A stretch of 62,042 nucleotides of DNA from an uncultured Candidatus Saccharibacteria bacterium. Lineage in GTDB: Bacteria; Patescibacteriota; Saccharimonadia; Saccharimonadales; JACDBH01. The stretch's first letter is position 1; each line of letters starts with the position of its first letter. The notes beneath the pieces were generated by a model. The model did no database searches. It saw only the letters and a list, made by a program, of their open reading frames with translations, and had not been told where the DNA came from. The stretch spans positions 1 through 62,042 of the forward strand of contig CAZXOA010000004.1 in assembly GCA_964642275.1 (NCBI GenBank), written 5' to 3'. Below are positions 36,692-46,293 of this stretch, piece after piece. A program made the translations under genes and the position numbers.

Positions 36692-37311
36692 TACACGACC
36701 TTGCTTATTCTGAGAATATCATCTGGTGTCAGGGCCAAGACATCAGGCTCTTTGCTGGCAAGCTCTTCTTTGCTTGCAAAGCCCCATGTCACTGCAACTG
36801 ATTTTACACCGGCCACCTTGGCGGCACGAATGTCTGTGGTTTCATCACCAATATAAAAGATATCACCTGTCATTTTTTGGCGACGCATCATTTGTTTCAT
36901 GAGATTGTCTTTGCCAAACAGTCCTGCCCCGCCTTTGACCACATGAAAGTACTGGCTGAGCGAATTTTTGATTAAAAACCTTCTGATATTTTTGCCGCTG
37001 TTGCTGCTGATAATGTAAAGTTTATGGCCCTGACCGTCCAGTGTCGTGATGACTTCTGTCATACCAGCAAAAGCACGCAGGTCATCCATGTGCGCACGCA
37101 TCACCCGGCGGCCCTTGAAAAACAGGAATGGAAACTTCCAAACCGGTATACCCATCTGCCGGGCCATGGTGGGCATTGATTTGTGCCGGAAGCTCTCTGC
37201 TTCTTTACCGTACGGCTTCTTTCGCCCAGCTTCTTTGCTGAGAAACCCCAAGACATAATCGAAGCTGTCGACAATGGTCCCATCAAAATCAAAGATGTAG
37301 TTCACTGACAT
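36691..37311 (-). CDS. HAD-superfamily phosphatase (phosphoglycolate-phosphatase-like)
   Basis: FDFDGTIVDS motif I and C-terminal GDETTD motif. 206 aa. Confidence 0.85.
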   Translation of the reverse strand: MSVNYIFDFDGTIVDSFDYVLGFLSKEAGRKKPYGKEAESFRHKSMPTMARQMGIPVWKFPFLFFKGRRVMRAHMDDLRAFAGMTEVITTLDGQGHKLYIISSNSGKNIRRFLIKNSLSQYFHVVKGGAGLFGKDNLMKQMMRRQKMTGDIFYIGDETTDIRAAKVAGVKSVAVTWGFASKEELASKEPDVLALTPDDILRISKVV

Positions 37312-37321
37312 AAATTATACA

Positions 37322-37398
37322 GGGTGAAGGGTGAAGGGTACAGGGTGAAGGATGGGGCCACCTCCTTGACCCTGAACCCTCTGCCCTAGACCCTTTCG
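37322..37398. repeat. Inverted arrays of AGGGTNN heptamers: (GGGTGAA)-type x5 facing (CCTNNNC)-type x5
   Basis: Plus-strand G3 tracts at 37322, 37329, 37336 and 37343. C3 tracts at 37370, 37377, 37384 and 37391. The arms are largely complementary around a 7-nt spacer between the arrays (about 12 nt unpaired). The element spans the msrA stop to the HAD start. Confidence 0.85.
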
Positions 37399-37883
37399 TA
37401 GGGCACATGGCACATGCCGCGGCCCGTCCGCTCCGTGAACTTCTGGTGGTAGTCTTCTGCCTCCCAGAACTCACGCCCCACGGCGATACGAGTGGCGATG
37501 GGTTTGTCAGAATTCTGTTGCGCCTCCGCCTTTGCTTCTTCGGCCAACTGCTTCTGCTCCTCATTCTGATAAAAAATTGCTGAGCGGTACTGGGCGCCAA
37601 TATCAGGCCCCTGCCTGTCCACCTGCGTAGGATTGTGCATGCGGAAGAAGTGCTTGAGCAGAGTTTGATAATTTACAACTCCAGGGTTAAAGGCAATGTG
37701 CACAGCCTCGGCGTGTCCGGTATCAGTGCCGCAGACCTGTTCGTATGTCGGCTCTTTTGTCCGCCCGCCAGTATAACCAACCAATGTTTCAGTCACACCA
37801 GGAACTTGATCAAAATAGTACTGCACACCCCAGAAGCACCCGGCAGCAAACACCGCCACCTGTGGCGTATAAATCTCTTTCAT
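37386..37883 (-). CDS. msrA: Peptide methionine (S)-sulfoxide reductase
   Basis: Active-site GCFWG motif near the N-terminus. 165 aa. Confidence 0.95.
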   Translation of the reverse strand: MKEIYTPQVAVFAAGCFWGVQYYFDQVPGVTETLVGYTGGRTKEPTYEQVCGTDTGHAEAVHIAFNPGVVNYQTLLKHFFRMHNPTQVDRQGPDIGAQYRSAIFYQNEEQKQLAEEAKAEAQQNSDKPIATRIAVGREFWEAEDYHQKFTERTGRGMCHVPYERV

Positions 37884-38186
37884 CTATTCATTGACCGTTA
37901 CGTCTCTCCAGAAGGCGACGTAGTTGCTGAAATCCTTTTTGACGATGTCGAGCGCGCCCGGCAATGGCTCTGGATAGCTGAAGGCTGCATCCTGGCTCCA
38001 GTCGTCACCTTGGCCGACGTTAAAGTACTGGCAGTCGCCCTTCCAGGGGCAGTGATAGGGCGTATCTGACTTCTGTAGGAACTCTTGCTTGACCGAATCC
38101 GGCGGGAAGTACCAGTTGCCCTCGATATAAATCAAATTGTCCTTGTCAGCCTCCGCTATGACTTGGTCTTTCCAGATTGCTTTCAT
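37884..38186 (-). CDS. DUF427-domain protein
   Basis: IEGNWYFP and CPWKG..QYFNV motifs typical of DUF427. 100 aa. Abuts the msrA start. Confidence 0.8.
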   Translation of the reverse strand: MKAIWKDQVIAEADKDNLIYIEGNWYFPPDSVKQEFLQKSDTPYHCPWKGDCQYFNVGQGDDWSQDAAFSYPEPLPGALDIVKKDFSNYVAFWRDVTVNE

Positions 38187-38261
38187 ACACGCCCCTTTCT
38201 TGTAATCTTAGTATACTCCTGTAGGCGATCTCGCTCCAGAGGTGGTAAGCTGTAGGTTGCT

Positions 38262-39920
38262 ATGCTACTGCGCGCACATATTGAAGACAAAGCCATGGGC
38301 AATAAACATCTGCTGCACAACTTACAGTTTTTTGTCGATGACAATGAAAAAATCGGTGTTGTCGGGCGAAACGGCGTGGGAAAAACGACACTTTTCAACG
38401 TGCTCGCAGGGCTCGACGGCGAGTACGAAGGCTCAATCGAACCGCGCAAAGGACTGCGCATGATTGCCACCCGTCAAGAGCATCATAACGTCGGCGAGCA
38501 GACAGCTGTCGAATATATCCTGCATAACCTGCCCGACTATGCCAGGTGGAAAGAAATTATCGATACCTACCCGGAAACCATGGGAGACAATATGCGAAAA
38601 ATCCATGAATACAGTGAAGCGCTGGAGAGGTTTGGCGATGCTGGCTACTACGAGATTGAAGACCAGATTGTTCAGACCCTCGAAAAGTATCAGATCAACA
38701 AAGAGCGCGCCTCCTTACCCATGAAGTCACTGAGCGGTGGCCAGAAGCGCTTTGTCGAACTGGTACTGGTGCAATATTCACGCCCGGACCTGGCGCTGAT
38801 TGATGAGCCGACCAACCACATGGATTACATCGCCAAACAAGCCTTCATAGACTGGCTCGAGGCCGCCAAGCACGGCTGCCTGATTATTACGCATGACCGC
38901 GATGTGCTGGCAAAGGTTGACCGTATTCTAGAGGTCAAAGACAAGAAAGTTGTCAGCTTCAAAGGTAACTATGAGGCATACCTCAAGCAGAATGCCAGCA
39001 CCACCACAAACCAGCTGCAAAATTACGAGATAGCTCTCAAGACAATCGAAAACCTGAAAAGCCAGATTGCCTACGCCATTGCGCGAGCACCTGGCTATGC
39101 AGGCAAATCTGGCAGCAACCCGTTTATCGTCATGCGCGACCGGCTCCAGAAGCAGCTCAAAGAAGTCGAAGCTGCTAATCCAAAGCCAAGCTTCTGGATT
39201 GATCAGGAATCGGCTGCCGCGCTTAATCCCAAGACGACCGCAAACTACGAAAAGTACAAGTCCAAGAATATTAAGATTGCCAAGCAAACCGATGGTGAAC
39301 GTGCTACTACCCTGCTCACACTTACTAACGTGTCGCTTGGCTATAGTGCAGATACGCCACTTTTTGAGCCGGTAAACGCATCGCTCCAAACTGGCGAACG
39401 CTTGCATATCATTGGCCGTAACGGCGCCGGTAAAACCACGCTGGTACGTGCCATCGCCGCAGCCGTACGAGGCGATGACCCTGCCACCCTTTTGGATGGC
39501 AAAATCACACCGGGTAATCATGTCCGGCTCAACATGTACGAGCAGGAGATGGGCGATAAGCTGCTGGATCTCACGCTCTATGAGGCTATCGAGAGTATCT
39601 ACCGCGACTTCGATTTGGCCATCAGCCCTCAGTCTATTATGCGCAGCATGGGCGACTATCTGTTTGATCCGCAGATTGACGCGCAGATTCTGGTGCGCAA
39701 CTTGAGCGGCGGCCAGAAAGCCCGCCTGCAGTTGATTCGTATGCTCATAAACAAACCAAACCTGCTTATCCTAGACGAGCCGACCAACCACCTCGACCTG
39801 CCGAGCATCGAAGAATTAGAAAACGCCCTCAAGCCCTACCACGGCGCCATTATCTACATCAGCCACGACAGCTACTTTGCCCGTAACATCGGTGGCGATG
39901 AGCTCAAAATCGGTTTATAG
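38262..39920 (+). CDS. ABC-F family ATPase (two ABC cassettes, no TM domain)
   Basis: Two Walker A motifs (GRNGVGKTT and GRNGAGKTT), two LSGGQK signatures and an inter-domain linker. 552 aa. Confidence 0.92.
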   Translation: MLLRAHIEDKAMGNKHLLHNLQFFVDDNEKIGVVGRNGVGKTTLFNVLAGLDGEYEGSIEPRKGLRMIATRQEHHNVGEQTAVEYILHNLPDYARWKEIIDTYPETMGDNMRKIHEYSEALERFGDAGYYEIEDQIVQTLEKYQINKERASLPMKSLSGGQKRFVELVLVQYSRPDLALIDEPTNHMDYIAKQAFIDWLEAAKHGCLIITHDRDVLAKVDRILEVKDKKVVSFKGNYEAYLKQNASTTTNQLQNYEIALKTIENLKSQIAYAIARAPGYAGKSGSNPFIVMRDRLQKQLKEVEAANPKPSFWIDQESAAALNPKTTANYEKYKSKNIKIAKQTDGERATTLLTLTNVSLGYSADTPLFEPVNASLQTGERLHIIGRNGAGKTTLVRAIAAAVRGDDPATLLDGKITPGNHVRLNMYEQEMGDKLLDLTLYEAIESIYRDFDLAISPQSIMRSMGDYLFDPQIDAQILVRNLSGGQKARLQLIRMLINKPNLLILDEPTNHLDLPSIEELENALKPYHGAIIYISHDSYFARNIGGDELKIGL

Positions 39921-41423
39921 ACCAAGTTCGGGGTAGATAGTCTTAGTAACTTCGTCTACGTCACTACGCAGCTGCGGGAACGGCACGCCTTCGCGAGCAG
40001 TCACACCCTCAAATACCCAGAAGACGCGTTCAGAGAAGCCAAGACCGCAGGCGGGCGGCATGCCGTACTCGAGCATTTCAACATAGTCGATATCAAGCAT
40101 CATGGCTTCATCATCCCCTGCGTCGCGCATATCCTGCTGCTCGACAAAGCGATTCAGCTGATCAATCGGATCGTTGAGCTCGGAGAAGCCGTTGCAGAGC
40201 TCGGAGCCCGCAATAACTGCTTGGAAGCGCTGTACAAAACGCGGGTCGTTGTCATCGGCCTTTGATAGCGGCGAAATGAACGCAGGAGTATTTATCAGCC
40301 AGACCGGCCCTACAACATCTTTGCGGATATTCTTCCAAAGCTTGTCGATACCGCGGGCGATGTTTTCGGTTTTTTCTACCTCAAGGCCGTGCTTCTGCAA
40401 TTGTTCCTTGACCTGGTCGATAGTGCAGTCAAATACTTCAATGCCGTAGTGATCTCGGATGACACCAGCATAGTCCCATTGCTCCCAGGGCTTGCTCATA
40501 TCGACTTCTTTACCGCCGAGATTGAACTGAAGTGTACCAAAGGATTTTTGCAGGATATCACGGAACATTTCTTCCATGAGCTGCATACCATCCTGCCAGT
40601 CGGCATAAGCCCAGTACCATTCCATAGCCACATGCTCAGGCAAGTGCTCATCGCTGTAGTTTTCGTTTCTAAAGCGCGGGCCGATATCATAGACCTTTTC
40701 AAAGCCGCCGCCAATAAGACGCTTCAGCGGCAGCTCGTGGCTGATACGCAGGTAGAAGTCCTGGTCGAGTGCGTCCATGTGGGTGACGAACGGGTTGGCA
40801 TCGGCTCCGCCAGTAGTGTGTTCCAGCACCGGAATGTTGACCTCCAAAAAGCCTCTTTCGTTCAAAAAGTCGCGGGTCGCCTGCCAGAACTTGCTGCGGC
40901 GTACAAACCGGTCGTGCACGTCGCGGTTGACGTTCATATCGACATAGCGGCGGCGCATACGCTGTTCTTTGTCAGTAAAGCCTTCCTGCTCGCTTGGCGT
41001 TGGCCGGAGCGCTTTGGTCAGCAGGCGCAATCTTTGTACTTCTACCGATATTTCACCAGTCTGTGTCTTAATAACAGGTCCGCTGCACTCAACAAAATCT
41101 CCGGTATCCAGTAGTGCGATATCGCCTATCAGCAGTTCGCTGTTGCCGCGATCAGCCTGTTTACTATCATCCGTACGCCAAAACAGCTGAACTTCGCCCG
41201 ACTCGTCGCGTATCACCACAAAGGCGATCTTGCCGAACTTGCGCAGGGATTTGATACGACCAACAACCGTCACCTGCTGACCTTCCAGTTCATCGAATTT
41301 CTGAGTGACATCAGCGACGTTGTGCGTACGGGTGACTTTAGCGGGATACGGATTAATACCAAGCTCTTTCAGCTCAGCCAGCTTGCGCAAACGTTCGTCT
41401 CTGAAGTCTTTAAGTGTTGCCAT
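39915..41423 (-). CDS. lysS: Lysine--tRNA ligase (class II)
   Basis: N-terminal RLRKLAELKELGINPYP, OB anticodon-binding domain and class II motifs. 502 aa. Confidence 0.97.
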   Translation of the reverse strand: MATLKDFRDERLRKLAELKELGINPYPAKVTRTHNVADVTQKFDELEGQQVTVVGRIKSLRKFGKIAFVVIRDESGEVQLFWRTDDSKQADRGNSELLIGDIALLDTGDFVECSGPVIKTQTGEISVEVQRLRLLTKALRPTPSEQEGFTDKEQRMRRRYVDMNVNRDVHDRFVRRSKFWQATRDFLNERGFLEVNIPVLEHTTGGADANPFVTHMDALDQDFYLRISHELPLKRLIGGGFEKVYDIGPRFRNENYSDEHLPEHVAMEWYWAYADWQDGMQLMEEMFRDILQKSFGTLQFNLGGKEVDMSKPWEQWDYAGVIRDHYGIEVFDCTIDQVKEQLQKHGLEVEKTENIARGIDKLWKNIRKDVVGPVWLINTPAFISPLSKADDNDPRFVQRFQAVIAGSELCNGFSELNDPIDQLNRFVEQQDMRDAGDDEAMMLDIDYVEMLEYGMPPACGLGFSERVFWVFEGVTAREGVPFPQLRSDVDEVTKTIYPELGL

Positions 41424-41435
41424 AATCGTTCCTGT

Positions 41436-41804
41436 CTATTCTACAGTATTTCTTGGCCTCTTGATAATTGTCCTGCGATGAGCAATCTGCGTGCTCGTTT
41501 CCTCCTGCAGCATTTCTACCCATACACCGATACCATGCGGTTTTACCTGCCCCCTTGCTGATACGTAGGGTCCGACAAAACCGCCGTTCAGGACATCCTG
41601 CCTGAGGCGCGGACCAAGGCCCTGTGTCATCTGCCCGACTGTCACGCCAGCCTGGAGGGCCACGACACCGCCAGCCATACGCAGATTGTGTTCTGTATAC
41701 GCATGCCTTATGTTATCAAGTACGGCATCTTCTAGAATCGGTGGCACTAGGGCTGGGTCATACAGCCCCGCAATTTCCTCAGGAGTCATTTCTGGTTGTC
41801 TCAT
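41436..41804 (-). CDS. Hypothetical protein (122 aa), 12 nt upstream of lysS
   Basis: SD-like AAGGAA lies 7 nt upstream of the ATG. No family recognised. Confidence 0.5.
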   Translation of the reverse strand: MRQPEMTPEEIAGLYDPALVPPILEDAVLDNIRHAYTEHNLRMAGGVVALQAGVTVGQMTQGLGPRLRQDVLNGGFVGPYVSARGQVKPHGIGVWVEMLQEETSTQIAHRRTIIKRPRNTVE

Positions 41805-41889
41805 TATTATTTCCTTGTTATAAGTTAGCTGTTAGTTCTGATAATTTGTGGCGCACTTCATACTTTTCTCCTCACTCTTTAGTAAAAAT

Positions 41890-41922
41890 AAAAAGCCCCG
41901 AGGCAGCTGCCCGGGGCTTTTT
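41890..41922. terminator. Bidirectional rho-independent terminator downstream of greA
   Basis: AAAAAGCCCCG...CGGGGCTTTTT. A GC-rich stem is flanked by an A-run and a T-run. Confidence 0.8.
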
Positions 41923-42027
41923 AGGTGATTTTCTTACAACTAAAAGACCGCTCGGCTTCTGCCCGCCAGTGGCTTGGTCTTCTTAGTTGTCAGAAAAATC
42001 TGATTCATTAAATGTATATTACAATAA

Positions 42028-42489
42028 TTAACTTATATCTGCAATAGTGTAGGTGGTGGTTTCGGCGGGAGTTTTGATTTCGACTTCTTCACCCTCTTTT
42101 TTGCCAAGCAAAGCCTGGCCGATTGGTGATTCGTCGCTGATCTTGCCATTGAGCGGATCGGCTTCAACAGTGCCGACCACCTGGAATTCTTTGGTCTTGC
42201 CGTCTTTGCTCTTGAGTGCAACTTTTGAACCAAGCCGGACCTTGTTATCATCCTTTGGCGTTTCGATAACATCGGCGTTGGCAAGGATATTCTCAATTTC
42301 CTCAATACGCGACTCATTGCGAGCCTGGTCTTCTTTGGCTTCGTGATACTCAGCATTTTCTGATAGGTCCCCTTGGGAACGAGCAGACGCAATAGCTTCA
42401 GAAATCACCGTGCGGCTTTCAATCAGTGTCGCGAGCTCAGTCTTGAGCTCTGTTAGTCCTTCGGTTGTCAGGTGATATTGTTTCTTCAT
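42028..42489 (-). CDS. greA: Transcription elongation factor GreA
   Basis: N-terminal coiled coil with conserved acidic tip (DLSENAEY) and a C-terminal globular domain. 153 aa. Confidence 0.95.
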   Translation of the reverse strand: MKKQYHLTTEGLTELKTELATLIESRTVISEAIASARSQGDLSENAEYHEAKEDQARNESRIEEIENILANADVIETPKDDNKVRLGSKVALKSKDGKTKEFQVVGTVEADPLNGKISDESPIGQALLGKKEGEEVEIKTPAETTTYTIADIS

Positions 42490-42557
42490 TGTACTTTCCT
42501 TTCGGTATAAAAAGCTGGTGCATTTACCGCAGCCAGCTTCTGATTACAGTATAGCGG

Positions 42558-43802
42558 TTATTTTTTTGGAGACAACAGATTCTTTAACTCATCTGTTGTA
42601 ATTAATTGCGCGTCTGGACTCGTGCGCGGCTTGTGTTCTATCTTGCCCTGATCGAGTGTCTTAGCGCTTACCACAACCCGATGCGGGATACCCAGCAGGT
42701 CGGCGTCGGCAAACTTTTCGCCGGGGCGGACGTCACGGTCGTCATAGAGCACCTCGATACCCGCATCCCGTAATTCTACGTAGAGTTTTTCGGCGGCTTC
42801 ATCCTGCCCAATACTGGCCAGATAAACCCGGAACGGCGCAATGGCGTCCGGCCATATCAGCCCCTTGTCATCTGCAAAAAGTTCGGTAATAACCCCAACC
42901 AAGCGCGACGGCCCTATACCGTAGCAGCCCATTAGTACTGGATGGTCGGCCCCATTTTCGTCGACATAGGTTAGTTTGAGAGGAGTACTGAATTTGTCTT
43001 TGAGCGTGAAGATATTCCCCACCTCGGCCGCACGAACCTCCTCAAGCTCTTCGCGCTTGAGGCCAAGACTCGCAAGGACTTCTTCATTGTTCACCTCTTC
43101 GTTGACCGCGATCTTCTTGGCCCTGTCCAAATATATCGTGTCTTCGCCTGCCTCCGTCACCGTCTGGAACTCATGACTGAATTGGCTAAACATGCCGCCG
43201 CTGGCAAAAGTAAGAAATGTCTTGTCGCCAACGCCCAGCCGGTCATAGACTCGGAAGTACGCCTGCTTGGCCTTCTCATACAGCTGCTCGTGTTCTGCTT
43301 CGTCGCGGGCAAAGCTATAGAGATCCTTCATAAGGAACTCGCGGCCGCGCATGACGCCGCTCTTGGCACGTGTCTCGTTGCGGAATTTTGTCTGGATCTG
43401 GTAAGCCAAAAACGGTAAGTCTTTGTAGGAGCTCACATAATTGCGAGCAATCACTGTCAGCGGCTCCTCATGTGTAGGACCCAAGCCCAGCTCGCCGCCG
43501 TTTTTGAGCGTGGTTTTGAACCAGACATCAACCTTTTCATCATCCCAACGATCAGTTTCTTTCCAGATTTCCGGATCTTGCAGAGTTGTCATGCGCAGCT
43601 CTTGGCCGCCAATGGCGTTCATTTCTTCGCGGATAACCTGGCAAATATTCTCAAGGACACGCAGCCCAAGCGGCAGCCACGTATACACACCAGCCATTTC
43701 TTTGTGCACAAACCCAGCACGGATCAATAATTGAGCATTCTTGGCCACCTCATCAGCCGGCGCCTGTTTGAGTGTTTTGGTGAATAGTTGGCTGTATCTC
43801 AT
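42558..43802 (-). CDS. proS: Proline--tRNA ligase, bacterial-type N-terminus but only 414 aa (no INS editing domain)
   Basis: MRYSQLFTKTLKQAPADE...LLIRAGF N-terminus and class II motifs. It is about 150 aa shorter than INS-containing ProRS. Confidence 0.93.
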   Translation of the reverse strand: MRYSQLFTKTLKQAPADEVAKNAQLLIRAGFVHKEMAGVYTWLPLGLRVLENICQVIREEMNAIGGQELRMTTLQDPEIWKETDRWDDEKVDVWFKTTLKNGGELGLGPTHEEPLTVIARNYVSSYKDLPFLAYQIQTKFRNETRAKSGVMRGREFLMKDLYSFARDEAEHEQLYEKAKQAYFRVYDRLGVGDKTFLTFASGGMFSQFSHEFQTVTEAGEDTIYLDRAKKIAVNEEVNNEEVLASLGLKREELEEVRAAEVGNIFTLKDKFSTPLKLTYVDENGADHPVLMGCYGIGPSRLVGVITELFADDKGLIWPDAIAPFRVYLASIGQDEAAEKLYVELRDAGIEVLYDDRDVRPGEKFADADLLGIPHRVVVSAKTLDQGKIEHKPRTSPDAQLITTDELKNLLSPKK

Positions 43803-44047
43803 GAAAAATCTTCCTCTGGTTTTCTCCTGTTAGCTTTTAGTGTAGCAGAAAGTTTGTCTTGCAGGACTCTATCTGCACTGTATACCACCTCTACCAGCTC
43901 CTGCTCCGCCTTTGTACAGGCCTGCCTTCCTAACCTGAACCATCTTACCTGTTGTCTGATCCTCTGAATAGCCGCTTGGCTGGTACCGGCCACTTGAAGA
44001 TAGTCTGCCACCTCCAAACGGACATCCGGCCTGATTTCATGTTTCAT
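43799..44047 (-). CDS. Small hypothetical protein (82 aa), possible HTH
   Basis: SD AGAGG lies 6 nt upstream of ATG 44047. The stop overlaps the proS start (ATGA). Weak HTH-like segment VADYLQVAGTSQAAIQRI. Confidence 0.45.
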   Translation of the reverse strand: MKHEIRPDVRLEVADYLQVAGTSQAAIQRIRQQVRWFRLGRQACTKAEQELVEVVYSADRVLQDKLSATLKANRRKPEEDFS

Positions 44048-44083
44048 TTTATACCTCTTTATTCGGAATGCAGGCAATAAAAT

Positions 44084-44101
44084 CGCCCCTTGGCTGGGGC
44101 G
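44084..44101 (-). terminator. Candidate terminator downstream of the CPBP protease gene
   Basis: CGCCCC/GGGGCG stem with a 6-nt loop, followed on the minus strand by ATTTTATT. A T-run also follows on the plus strand. Confidence 0.55.
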
Positions 44102-44231
44102 TCCGATTTTTTTGTATTAAAGATAACAAACCCCAGCTGCTACATAGGTACCGGGATAGGCATGACAGAAAAGACTTGTTGATATCTCATACTGGGCCGT
44201 ATTATCCCCCGCGCCAATAAACTTTGTCAAA

Positions 44232-45008
44232 CTACCAGAGAAAACGCGGGCCAAAGAGCAAGACAAACGCCAGGCAGTTTTTTATGCCGTGCAGAAATAT
44301 CGGCGGCCAGATACTCCTGTGTTCTTCGCGCAGATAACAGAGAAAGCACGATAGTACAAAAGTATCGATAGCAGCAATCCACAGCAGCGGCGCGTCTGCG
44401 CCAAACTGCAGGTGCGCTATCCCAAACAGCACGCTGGTTACAATAGCGGCCGGCCAAAAGGCAAACTTTGCCCTGAGGCTTGAAAACAAGAAGCCGCGGA
44501 ACATTACTTCCTCAGCAATCGGAACCAGAACAACCAATGCTAAAAACGTCAGCAAAAGCTGGCCATTTGTCCTGGCTGTCTCAAATCCAATCTGCTGCTC
44601 TTGCTGCGTATCAATGCCCGAGAAGATGTTCGTCACAACAGTAACTACGACGATATAGCACAAAAAGTACAGACCATAGGCAACAAACGCCCACCCCACA
44701 TCCTTGAACCGGGGCTTTACGAGCCCGATCCGCTGCCTCAGCACCCGCGCGTACTGCAGCGCCTTGAGCACCAGGCTGATGGCAAGTACTTCTGCAATAG
44801 CTATGTAGCCGAACTGAGCCATAACCGAACCTCTCAGCCAAGCCGTGGCCTCTGTCTCGGTCCAACTCTGTACCGCCGGATACAGGCTAATCAAAAAACC
44901 TGCAATGATTTGGCTGGAAAAGAAAATTAGTAGCAATAAGAGAATAGATGTCACGGGATCGTAGCGGAAAAACGGCTTGGTCTTTTTGACTGCCACCTGC
45001 TCTTCCAT
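44232..45008 (-). CDS. CPBP-family intramembrane glutamic endopeptidase (CAAX protease/Abi-like)
   Basis: EEVMFRG motif 1, FGIAH motif 2 and a later HGIKN. The start was trimmed to ATG 45008, 1 nt after the rseP stop. Confidence 0.85.
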   Translation of the reverse strand: MEEQVAVKKTKPFFRYDPVTSILLLLLIFFSSQIIAGFLISLYPAVQSWTETEATAWLRGSVMAQFGYIAIAEVLAISLVLKALQYARVLRQRIGLVKPRFKDVGWAFVAYGLYFLCYIVVVTVVTNIFSGIDTQQEQQIGFETARTNGQLLLTFLALVVLVPIAEEVMFRGFLFSSLRAKFAFWPAAIVTSVLFGIAHLQFGADAPLLWIAAIDTFVLSCFLCYLREEHRSIWPPIFLHGIKNCLAFVLLFGPRFLW

Positions 45009-45009
45009 C

Positions 45010-46152
45010 TTAAAACCGGCGAATATCCACAATGGTTATTACCACAAACAGCAGCATCAGCACCATGAAGCCCGTTCCATGGATGCGCTCTTCCACGGCA
45101 GGCTTGAGAGGCTTTTTCATTGCCCTGAACAATAGTGTTACAAACAGCCTGCCGCCATCCAGCGCCGGTATCGGCAGCGCGTTCATGATAGCCAGCGTCA
45201 GCGAGATAATCGCGATAATAAACAGCACAAGCCCGATCCCTTGCTTGGATATCTCGAACAGCACGGCAAAAATCCCCACTGGCCCGGCAACCTGGCCGGA
45301 CGCTTCTGTCTGCCCGGCTTGGCGCGCCTCAGTATTGCCTGTCACTGCACCGGCGAAAATTGAGCCGAGTCCCGCCAGCGCATTGCCGATACCCTTCATG
45401 GTAGCAACCGTAAAGTCTTTCATGACACCTGCTGCAACTATCGGCGCCGACCAGGTGCTGCGGCGGATTTCTAGACCTTCCTGTGCAGAGTATGACCCAA
45501 CTCCGAGGTATGGCGACGATGTGTTCAGCTCGGCCTGTTTTACCAGCCGCTGGCCGCTGCGCTCAACCACAATTTCAACTTCTTCACCCAGGCGGGATGA
45601 AGTTTCTTGTCCGACTTTTTCTACTGCATCTATCTCTGTACCGGCAACGGATACGATACGATCACCCTCTTCTATCCCCGCCCGCGCAGCCGGGCTGCCC
45701 TCTACAACTTCGCCGATTTTGATAACGCCTTCGTTAGTCGGGGATTGGATAATCTGAGTGTCGCTGGCAACTGTCGTCTGATTGTCAATAAGCTTCGGCA
45801 TGCCGACAAGAGCCACTATTGTAAACAACACAAACGCCGTCAAGAGGTTCATAAACACCCCTGCCAGCATAATTTTAATCTTGGCCCCTGTAGTAGCCGC
45901 GCCGAAGGTACCCGGCTCAGTATCTATATCGTGCTCGCCCTTGAGCTTTACAAACCCCCCAAGCGGCAGCCAGTTCAGTGAATAAATCGTACCGTTCTTT
46001 TTCTTAAGTACCTTAGCCCTTGGCGGGAACCCAAGCCCAAACTCTTCCACCTCCACGCCGTTGCGGCGCGCCATAATAAAGTGCCCCCACTCATGAATCA
46101 AAATAAGACAGATAAATAGAATCAGCCCCAGAACGAAAAAGAATATTCCCAT
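45010..46152 (-). CDS. rseP: RIP (site-2) zinc metalloprotease RseP (M50) with a PDZ domain
   Basis: HEWGHFIMAR (HExxH) in TM1, a PDZ segment, and C-terminal NALPIPALDGG. 380 aa. Confidence 0.9.
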   Translation of the reverse strand: MGIFFFVLGLILFICLILIHEWGHFIMARRNGVEVEEFGLGFPPRAKVLKKKNGTIYSLNWLPLGGFVKLKGEHDIDTEPGTFGAATTGAKIKIMLAGVFMNLLTAFVLFTIVALVGMPKLIDNQTTVASDTQIIQSPTNEGVIKIGEVVEGSPAARAGIEEGDRIVSVAGTEIDAVEKVGQETSSRLGEEVEIVVERSGQRLVKQAELNTSSPYLGVGSYSAQEGLEIRRSTWSAPIVAAGVMKDFTVATMKGIGNALAGLGSIFAGAVTGNTEARQAGQTEASGQVAGPVGIFAVLFEISKQGIGLVLFIIAIISLTLAIMNALPIPALDGGRLFVTLLFRAMKKPLKPAVEERIHGTGFMVLMLLFVVITIVDIRRF

Positions 46153-46293
46153 GCTGGGGAGTAGTATAAAGCCTTTGCCGGGCTTGGTCCAGTACTCTGT
46201 CTCATCCCGCTAAGTACACAACACACCAATTATCTCACAGTATACCAAATTTCTTATGCTTTGTCAATGTCTTTAGCAGAGTATCCCCTTGCC

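Noticed and set aside
36706-36720. 15-nt exact match (ATTCTCAGAATAAGC) between hairpin element A and the 3' end of the HAD gene at 36691..37311. A similar 11-nt match lies near 23606.
   Set aside because: Several chance 15-mer matches are expected in 2 x 62 kb, and there is no flanking similarity.
37359-37367. Perfect SD-like AAGGAGGTG (minus strand) in the loop of the msrA-HAD hairpin.
   Set aside because: No start codon lies at a usable distance, and the HAD ATG is about 48 nt away.
37289-37600. 103-aa ORF spanning the heptamer arrays (translation ...PHPSPCTLHPSPC...).
   Set aside because: It is a repeat-driven reading frame that overlaps msrA, with no start context.
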